The notes beneath the pieces are model-generated. The model was not told where the DNA came from. It saw nothing but the letters and a program-made list of their open reading frames with translations, and ran no database searches. A stretch of DNA of 64,000 nt, from contig JAFLCW010000004.1 of the NCBI GenBank assembly GCA_017302165.1, positions 59,834 through 123,833 of the forward strand. The letters run 5' to 3'. Shown here one piece after another: positions 11,382 through 17,790 of the stretch. Within the stretch, counting starts at the first letter, position 1. Each line of letters opens with the position of its first letter. A program made the position numbers and the translations under genes. The DNA is from Alphaproteobacteria bacterium. GTDB lineage: Bacteria > Pseudomonadota > Alphaproteobacteria > Micavibrionales > Micavibrionaceae.

Positions 11382-11995
11382 CAGTAAAATCCCCAAACAG
11401 AAAAGTATTTAGCTGGTCTGGAATAGGTACAAAAAAATTTGAAATATCCGAAGACAATTTTCAGAAAATTGAAAAGCAATCCAAAGTGAGGCTATTAAAA
11501 AAGCAAAAAAACAAGATCAATCGTATATTATTTGACCGTTCTGTAGAAATTGGCAGAGAAAAAAACGCACCCACGAGAGGAGATATTTTCTCAGAATTGG
11601 AAATCATTATAAAATCTATGGACAACATAGCTAAGGTCTTTGGTGTCGATACAGGAACAAAAGTTAAAAATAAGAAAGCTAAAGAGAATTTAAGAACACT
11701 TATTGAGGTTAATAAATACCCCAATTTAGATTTAGAGAGAATGCTATGCGACCTCTTGATAACGAGTGCAATTTGTCAAAATATCAAAAATGATTTTTCT
11801 CGTGATGATTTACAAGATCATGGGGGAAGAAATACGAATCCTATGATTAGCGAATTAATTAGCATTATAGGCTCTGATCCGCCTATAAAAACTATCGATA
11901 AATTTTTATCAGAGCTGAATAAAAAGATACCCAAAGAATATAAGATTGAAATTCCTTCAATCGATGCGCTAAAAAAAATAAAGCAAAGACAATAA
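11378..11995 (+). CDS. Hypothetical Lys-rich protein, translationally coupled to int
   Basis: 205-aa ORF whose ATG overlaps the int stop (ATGA). AT-rich. No recognisable domain. Confidence 0.5.
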   Translation: MTVKSPNRKVFSWSGIGTKKFEISEDNFQKIEKQSKVRLLKKQKNKINRILFDRSVEIGREKNAPTRGDIFSELEIIIKSMDNIAKVFGVDTGTKVKNKKAKENLRTLIEVNKYPNLDLERMLCDLLITSAICQNIKNDFSRDDLQDHGGRNTNPMISELISIIGSDPPIKTIDKFLSELNKKIPKEYKIEIPSIDALKKIKQRQ

Positions 11996-12035
11996 AGGGA
12001 CATAACCCTAATTTTTTATATAGGGTTTTGTCCCT
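11996..12035 (+). terminator. Composite stem-loop after orf205 (possible terminator)
   Basis: AGGGACA-t-AACCCTA-attttttata-TAGGGTT-t-TGTCCCT begins 1 nt after the stop. There is no clear downstream T tract. Confidence 0.4.
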
Positions 12036-12075
12036 TCTAATCTCGTGCCAATGAAATCGTGATATGGCTTAATTA

Positions 12076-12097
12076 CTCCAGTTAACCCTAACTGGAG
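12076..12097 (+). promoter_or_regulatory. Perfect 9-bp inverted repeat overlapping the alpA ribosome-binding site
   Basis: CTCCAGTTA-accc-TAACTGGAG. The right arm contains the GGAG located 7-10 nt upstream of the alpA ATG (12104). Confidence 0.45.
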
Positions 12098-12103
12098 ATA
12101 AAG

Positions 12104-12295
12104 ATGAATATATTAAAACTTCCCAAAGTAATTGAAAAAACGGGGCTTTCGAGAGCCTCAATCTATGCGTTTGTTAAAGAAGGTAAATTCCCCAAACCAA
12201 TCTCACTGGGTCTTAGATCTGTGGGCTGGGTTGAAGTGGAAATTACGCAGTGGATAGAGGAGAAAATGAATAGCAGAATGGGGAGCATGTCATGA
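12104..12295 (+). CDS. alpA: AlpA-family phage/island transcriptional regulator (excisionase-like HTH)
   Basis: 63 aa. LPKVIEKTGLSRASIYAFVKEGKFPKPISLGLRSVGWVEVEITQWI is the typical AlpA/Phage_AlpA pattern. Confidence 0.8.
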   Translation: MNILKLPKVIEKTGLSRASIYAFVKEGKFPKPISLGLRSVGWVEVEITQWIEEKMNSRMGSMS

Positions 12296-12702
12296 TTGAC
12301 GAAGATAATTTGCCACATAGACAGTCATTGAAAGAACAACGCAGAGAAGCGTCAGCTCCCCATGATTACAAATTACTATTATCCAAGCATGACGGTTATT
12401 TGTCTCAGTGGTGGAATACACCTAAAGAGAAGGCAGACCTTAAAAACCCTGAATATCCAGCCATATATTTGATTACTGAGAGATATTTCAAAGACCTTAC
12501 TTCAGTTGGTCAAGGCTGGGAGTATGAAATAGAAGAATTATTAAGCGCAGTTCGTTTGCGCATGGTGAAATCTTCTAAATTGCCCTTAGACGCTATAATG
12601 ATCATGGCCGCACTTGAAAATGGGTGCTCTGTCCATGATTTTAACCGCGTACCTTTAAAAGGTTATATCAGATTTCCTAAAGTGGTGATCTCTCATGCCT
12701 GA
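12292..12702 (+). CDS. Hypothetical protein (island replication-module orphan)
   Basis: 136-aa ORF. It has an ATGA overlap with alpA and an 8-nt overlap with the downstream ATPase. No recognisable domain. Confidence 0.5.
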   Translation: MIDEDNLPHRQSLKEQRREASAPHDYKLLLSKHDGYLSQWWNTPKEKADLKNPEYPAIYLITERYFKDLTSVGQGWEYEIEELLSAVRLRMVKSSKLPLDAIMIMAALENGCSVHDFNRVPLKGYIRFPKVVISHA

Positions 12703-13840
12703 AAAGTTAGCACCCGTGGCACATTGTAAAAAGTGCTTTTACTGCTATATACCAGCCCCTAAATGCCCCAATTGTGGAGAAAAAAATGTAGATTTTGTGC
12801 CAAGTAGATTACATCCATACCACATCGCGGAACTACACACCCTTCCTAAAAGAACATATCTGATTAAAGGCTTACTTGACTGCAATGCTTTAAGCGTTGT
12901 GTTCGGGGAGTCAAATTCAGGCAAGACTTTCTTTGTTATTGATCTGGCCTTAACCTTAGCTCTGGGGTGGCCGTGGCAAAGCCATAAGGCCAAACAGGGG
13001 GCGGTTTGCTATGTGGCCGCCGAAGGGGGCTTAGGATTAAAAGAACGATTAGATGCTTTTTTTCTGCACCATGAAATCAAGCCCCATATCCCATTTTACC
13101 TTATCCCTACGGGGGTGGATTTGCTGAATACCAATGGTGATACAGAGGAGCTTATTCAGCATATCTCGACTATCAAAAACTTAAAGATGGTTGTGATCGA
13201 TACCTTAAGCAGAGCAATGGCGGGAGGTAATGAAAACAGCCCAGAAGACATGACCGCCTTTATCCATAACTGTGATGAGATTAGGGAAGCCACAAGGGCG
13301 CATGTTTTAATTGTTCACCATTCAGGCAAAGATAGAGAGCGAGGCGCAAGAGGGCATAGCGCACTCAAGGCCGCCGTTGATACAGAAATTGAAGTGATAC
13401 AAACCGATGGCATTATTACCGCAGAGGTTAAAAAGCAACGTGATGGTAAAACAGGCCGTAAATATAACTTCACCCTGAATCCTATCGAAGTAGGCAAAGA
13501 TGAGGATGGCGATAAAATCGTATCCTGTGCCCTTATAGCTTCAGAGGCACAAGCCACCCCACGCCGTAAAATCAAAGGCCAGAAGAAAAGAGCGTTAGGA
13601 ATTATTCGGGATTGTATATCGGATAAAGGTCAAGTTAGACACGTTCGGCAGGAAATGCGTGCCGTGATGTGCATTTCCTTGGATGAAGCCAGAGAAGCTC
13701 TAAAGAGGGGCAACATTTCTGCGGCGGAAAAAGCGGATGATATTCGCAGAAGCATAAGCAAAGTGATAACAGAGCTAAATGACATAGGCGTTACAGTAAG
13801 TTACGGGGATTATATATGGCTTTCGGAACAAACGGATTAA
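12695..13840 (+). CDS. Zinc-ribbon + RecA-like ATPase (AAA_25 / RepA-type replication protein)
   Basis: 381 aa. N-terminal CKKC...CPNC, Walker A GESNSGKT, Walker B-like MVVIDTL, then ...VLIVHHSGKD...RGHSALKAAVDTEI, as in RepA/AAA_25 proteins of plasmids and islands. Confidence 0.7.
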   Translation: MPEKLAPVAHCKKCFYCYIPAPKCPNCGEKNVDFVPSRLHPYHIAELHTLPKRTYLIKGLLDCNALSVVFGESNSGKTFFVIDLALTLALGWPWQSHKAKQGAVCYVAAEGGLGLKERLDAFFLHHEIKPHIPFYLIPTGVDLLNTNGDTEELIQHISTIKNLKMVVIDTLSRAMAGGNENSPEDMTAFIHNCDEIREATRAHVLIVHHSGKDRERGARGHSALKAAVDTEIEVIQTDGIITAEVKKQRDGKTGRKYNFTLNPIEVGKDEDGDKIVSCALIASEAQATPRRKIKGQKKRALGIIRDCISDKGQVRHVRQEMRAVMCISLDEAREALKRGNISAAEKADDIRRSISKVITELNDIGVTVSYGDYIWLSEQTD

Positions 13841-13884
13841 ATCGGACGGAACAGAATTTAGTAAACGCCACAACAGGAAAGGAT

Positions 13885-13910
13885 AGGATCACCCCCTATA
13901 GGGTGATCCT
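13885..13910. repeat. Perfect 10-bp inverted repeat (hairpin) between convergent island operons
   Basis: AGGATCACCC-cctata-GGGTGATCCT, 45 nt after the ATPase stop. A second hairpin, CCACCCC...GGGGTGG, lies at 13938-13967. Confidence 0.45.
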
Positions 13911-14131
13911 TGATCCTGATGGTAAATTCAAAAAACACCACCCCGTCACCCCCAAAGGTAGGGGTGGGTTATTTAAAAATGGATAAGTAAGAAATTTTGG
14001 TAACTTTTGAATTCTAAGATTATTGTTATTTTCAAAAATCTGAAGAAACTTATAAAGAAGATAAAGGGTCAATAAGTTTCTATTGTATTTATTACCTTCG
14101 CAAAAAAATACGCCATCTTTTCATTTATTTT

Positions 14132-14950
14132 TTAGTGATGCGAAGCATTTTTAATTAGGGAAGGCAGTTGCGTAGCGTCTTCCTCTGTAATTAAAGTTGC
14201 ATGTTTGTCTCTCCGTAACAAAGCACATGCGTTTTCATATGATGATATAAGCTCTTCTTTGCCAGGGCGACCAACTAAAAAATAAAATTTAAATTGCTTA
14301 TCAGGGTTATTTTCTTCAATAGCATCGTGCCAGCCTTTGGTTTTATACACCTTCTCTAAGATCATATCTTCATTTGTCATGTCTAAAGAGATGGGTTTTA
14401 GGCAATGTAACGAACCGTTTTGATAGGCATATGGTATTTCAGCACTAAAACCTTCGAGGTTTATGTGCATCGGTTTAAACCAGTCTAACATTTGCCGCTG
14501 TTGAAGCTCTTTTTTGAATGTAGCCCAAACGGAGCTATCGGGTCGATGATTGGTTTTCTCTAGTTTTCTAGAGCAGACAAATCTGTCCATAAGATATTTA
14601 TATATCTCATTGAGATCATCCGCATATCCAGAGCCTTGCTTGCCCCATTGCACAGAGCTGGCATCATGTGGAAGTAGCTTTATGGAGTAATCGTCTACTT
14701 CAGAGTGAATAGCAAGCTGAGTTCTATAAAGAATTTGATATTCTTCTATGCTCTTGCAAATGTTGTCTAAGTATTTTTTAAGATGCTTCTGGCTAAAGTC
14801 AGGAAATATAGCTTTCAAAGCCCCTAAATCTGGGCGTATACCAAACCGAACCATTTTGGCTTCAGGAGAATAAAATAAAATGCCCACATTAACGCTCTCA
14901 TTTCTGAGGGTATCGTGTATGTAGTTTAATAATTTATATTCGTATTTCAT
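14132..14950 (-). CDS. DUF3037-family protein (function unknown)
   Basis: 272 aa. I recognise the N-terminus KYEYKLLNYIHDTLRNESVNVGILFYSPE as the DUF3037 signature (Y-x-hydrophobic...E-x-hNhGhhh). The ATG shares one base with the upstream kinase stop (TAATG). Confidence 0.6.
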   Translation of the reverse strand: MKYEYKLLNYIHDTLRNESVNVGILFYSPEAKMVRFGIRPDLGALKAIFPDFSQKHLKKYLDNICKSIEEYQILYRTQLAIHSEVDDYSIKLLPHDASSVQWGKQGSGYADDLNEIYKYLMDRFVCSRKLEKTNHRPDSSVWATFKKELQQRQMLDWFKPMHINLEGFSAEIPYAYQNGSLHCLKPISLDMTNEDMILEKVYKTKGWHDAIEENNPDKQFKFYFLVGRPGKEELISSYENACALLRRDKHATLITEEDATQLPSLIKNASHH

Positions 14951-15774
14951 TACGCTTTACCTATTATCCTCTTTATTTCCGTAATGCAATCATTTATATT
15001 ATTTCTTACATCAATAATATGTTGCAAAATTAGTACCACACAAGAGTTGTTGTCGTTAGCCCATTGTGAAGGCAGACAGTTGCCATATTCTAGAATCCGT
15101 TCGTCAGTTAGGTTTGCCCAAAGAGACGAAAATTCAGACATATCAATCTTACTGGAATTTTTTAAAATTTGGTTAATGAACAGGTGTGAGCCGGATGTTC
15201 GATATTTTTCTAACGCTCCAACTTCCCATGGATTTTTCCTTCCTAGGATTAATAAACCCATTGCCATAGGAAAGGCTTTCTCGTGATCTATAATGCTAAT
15301 AATGTCTCCATTCAGAAGACAATTAGCCTTGCCTGCGCCGCCACGATCATAATTTTCTATCAGTGCATCGAAAGCGAAGATGTTGCCTGCGCTTCGAAGT
15401 TGGCAGGCCGTTAGAGGCATATCGGTAGTAGGCACTTTTGCTGATGGCGGTAATGCCTGTGTAGCAAATACTACTCTGGCACTACTTTCTAGTCGTTTGC
15501 GAATGTTGACGTCTGCCACAGAGGCTATAAAATTATCATCTATAGTTACTGCAAATGACTGAGGTGTATGTAAGCCTAGATCGGCGGCAAGCAGGGAGGC
15601 GATAGCTTCTGCCGTGTACCCTTTAATGCCAGTATGAAGTTTATCTGATAGTTTGGCATATACATCAAATAGCTCTCCGTCAGCCTCAGCTCTGACAACG
15701 ATCATCAATGGTTCGCTTGCACCAGACAAACTAGGCACAACGCCGTTATAACCTACGGCCTTAGCTGTCTTCAT
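14950..15774 (-). CDS. Short HipA-like (protein-kinase-like fold) kinase
   Basis: 274 aa. Contains DVYAKL (candidate ATP-binding Lys), FDALIENYDRGGAGKANCLL (catalytic-loop D...N) and SIIDHEKAF (metal-binding Asp). AGGGG RBS lies 7 nt upstream. It lacks a HipA N-terminal subdomain. Confidence 0.55.
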   Translation of the reverse strand: MKTAKAVGYNGVVPSLSGASEPLMIVVRAEADGELFDVYAKLSDKLHTGIKGYTAEAIASLLAADLGLHTPQSFAVTIDDNFIASVADVNIRKRLESSARVVFATQALPPSAKVPTTDMPLTACQLRSAGNIFAFDALIENYDRGGAGKANCLLNGDIISIIDHEKAFPMAMGLLILGRKNPWEVGALEKYRTSGSHLFINQILKNSSKIDMSEFSSLWANLTDERILEYGNCLPSQWANDNNSCVVLILQHIIDVRNNINDCITEIKRIIGKA

Positions 15775-16094
15775 TTATTACCCCTAAATTAAATTTATCT
15801 ACTCTTTCTAGTAGTATCCTAAATCATATTAATTTGAATGAGTGTTCTTAAACAGATACGGGTTATTATATTATATAGGAACAATGTTGTTGTACAAATA
15901 GAGAGGGGATTAAACTAACCGATTGAAACAATTGTTATCTGGCGCAAAAAAATAGATTCACAAGCGTATTAACCCATAAAATCTTCTCTCTTTAGACCGT
16001 CGATCAGGATCAGCCTTGAAATTGATGCGTGCCCCCCCAGATCATGTTGGGGCGTATGATTGAGAATATTGTATTAATATGATACAGTACCTTT

Positions 16095-16514
16095 GTGAGT
16101 AATATATTAGAAGCTATAGTTGATACACAGCCTAGTTTTAACAAAGGTATGGGAAGGCCTCCCATTCTTTTCTCAAATGCCGACTGGCAAAATATTGAAA
16201 AACTCTGCTCATTAATGTGTACAGCCGATGAAATTGCCTTCTTTTTAGGCATTAGTATTGACACTCTATCCCGTCGCATTACAGAAACCTATGGATGCAC
16301 TTTTGCGGACTACCATAAAAAGCATATTGTGAGTGCAATTATCTCCCTTCGCCGCGCTCAATGGAAAAATGCCATGAAAGGCAATGCAACCATGCAAATT
16401 TGGTTAGGTAAGCAGTATTTAGGGCAGAAAAACAACATGGATTTAGTAGTCGCCACCTCTCCCATGGAAGGCTTAAAAAAAGCATGGGCGTGTGTAGAGG
16501 AAGATTTAAAATAA
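16095..16514 (+). CDS. HTH protein resembling phage terminase small subunits
   Basis: 139 aa with a GTG start. GRPPILFS...IEKLCSLMCTADEIAFFLGISIDTLSRRI (HTH) followed by ...RAQWKNAMKGNATMQIWLGKQYLGQKNN, a pattern I associate with terS-like proteins. Not verified by search. Confidence 0.45.
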   Translation: MSNILEAIVDTQPSFNKGMGRPPILFSNADWQNIEKLCSLMCTADEIAFFLGISIDTLSRRITETYGCTFADYHKKHIVSAIISLRRAQWKNAMKGNATMQIWLGKQYLGQKNNMDLVVATSPMEGLKKAWACVEEDLK

Positions 16515-16546
16515 GGTCAAATTAGTAAAATGTCCTATACTACAAC

Positions 16547-17002
16547 TCATTGGTAAGATGTATCTTGAAATGGATCTAAGGATATCTTTATATCTTCTCC
16601 ATCTTTAGTGATGGGCTTTATTTTTATAAGATTACGAGGATCTATCGCATTCTTTTCAGGGATAGATATACCCATACTACAGCTATAACCTCTATTATGC
16701 ATTTTTTGCCAAATCTCATGTCTTTCATTCCATAGGCGCTTTTCGCGATCTCTTTGGCTATAGTGGTATATTCCAAAACCTATAAAAATAATCCATGTGT
16801 ATAAGTATGCTGATTCTATAAAAAGTGGCTTATCAAAAATTGAGAAAAAAGCAGGGAATGCTGAGAAAAACCAAGCAAGCTTCATGTTTGTTTCTCTTTT
16901 AGAAATCCTATGTAATGAATAAGATATTTCAATCATCTCTCTTAATTCATGTTGTATGAAATTCTTGTCTTGGATTGGAATTTTATATTCTTCTAATTGC
17001 AT
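16547..17002 (-). CDS. Hypothetical two-TM membrane protein
   Basis: 151-aa AT-rich ORF with hydrophobic segments LAWFFSAFPAFFSIF and AYLYTWIIFIGFGIY. No recognisable domain. Confidence 0.5.
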   Translation of the reverse strand: MQLEEYKIPIQDKNFIQHELREMIEISYSLHRISKRETNMKLAWFFSAFPAFFSIFDKPLFIESAYLYTWIIFIGFGIYHYSQRDREKRLWNERHEIWQKMHNRGYSCSMGISIPEKNAIDPRNLIKIKPITKDGEDIKISLDPFQDTSYQ

Positions 17003-17082
17003 TTTTGCTCAGTTAATCTGTTTATTGTGAATATCCAATATTATCCATTGATATATAACTGGAACATAAGAAAACCAAACAA

Positions 17083-17106
17083 TATATGCGTAGAAAAGCG
17101 TGTAGA
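17083..17106 (+). repeat. Island-right copy of an imperfect direct repeat (TATATGCGTAGA-N7-GTAGA)
   Basis: TATATGCGTAGAAAAGCGTGTAGA, in the same orientation as 10126-10149, about 45-100 nt inside the composition shift at the right island edge. Confidence 0.5.
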
Positions 17107-17208
17107 TTTTTAGCCGTGTGAACAAACACATAGACAATTTAACACTTACAAGGAAATGTTAGGCGGGCTCCTTCGCCACGGTCTAAATTTTTTACCGCCT
17201 TTAAGAAA

Positions 17209-17790
17209 TTATTTGTTCAACGCCCACCCGGCCAGGCTGGCGGCAATGCCAGATTTGATGACCGTGCCGATCAAGAACGGGACAACCCCGGCAGTCAAGG
17301 CCGCGGCCAGACCCATCTGTGGCAAGCCAAACGCCAGCCAGAACATCCCTGCCGACAAAATAACGGCATGCCCCGCCAGCATCAGCGCGCACAACATCGC
17401 CAAGGCCGCGAAGCCGCGCGCGTGTTGTTTGATATATGCGAACCCGTATCCGGTAACCATTACGGCCAGCACAAACCCGGCCAGATACCCGCCCGTGGGC
17501 CCCGCAAAATAGGCGAGCCCCGGCAGAGCCCCCGCCGTCATGGCAAACACCGGAAAGCCCATCGCGCCCAAGGCAAAATAAGAGCCCAGAACCGTCAGTG
17601 CCATCCGAAGCCCCAGCAGACAGGGCAGAAGCAACACGACCGCTGTTTGAAACGTTATGGGAACAGGGATCATCGGCACCTGAATCCTTGCAGAGACAAT
17701 CAAGGCCGCTATACTCGCGATCCCCATCATCACTTGGAAAAGAAAAGGTGTTTCTGTGATACGGTTTTTAAAAATTTGGGCGGTGGTCAT
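17209..17790 (-). CDS. bioY: Biotin transporter BioY
   Basis: 193 aa from ATG 17790 (AAGGAG RBS upstream). ...PITFQTAVVLLLPCLLG...GPTGGYLAGF... matches the BioY pattern. The 279-aa track ORF is an upstream over-extension. Confidence 0.88.
   Translation of the reverse strand: MTTAQIFKNRITETPFLFQVMMGIASIAALIVSARIQVPMIPVPITFQTAVVLLLPCLLGLRMALTVLGSYFALGAMGFPVFAMTAGALPGLAYFAGPTGGYLAGFVLAVMVTGYGFAYIKQHARGFAALAMLCALMLAGHAVILSAGMFWLAFGLPQMGLAAALTAGVVPFLIGTVIKSGIAASLAGWALNK

Larger units (their letters stand above)
10005..17150. mobile_element. tRNA-Ser-associated integrative island with phage-satellite (PICI-like) gene content
   Basis: It starts immediately after the tRNA 3' end, with an integrase as the first gene. 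It looks AT-richer than both flanks by eye (not computed). It contains int, alpA, a RecA-like ATPase, a terS-like gene and orphan ORFs, with no structural genes. The right edge is approximate; composition changes at about 17150, before the bioY stop at 17209. Confidence 0.7.

Noticed and set aside
16010-16279. 89-aa minus-strand ORF overlapping the terS-like gene.
   Set aside because: It is antisense to a better-supported ORF, AT-rich and chance-like, with no RBS.
17168-17178. CTCCTTCGCCA at the right island edge resembles the tRNA-Ser 3' end CTCCTTCTCCGCCA (9991-10004) and could be a displaced attR core.
   Set aside because: It matches only 7+4 nt and needs a 3-nt gap, which is short enough to be chance. 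I cannot define attR from it, so it is kept only as a hint for junction mapping.
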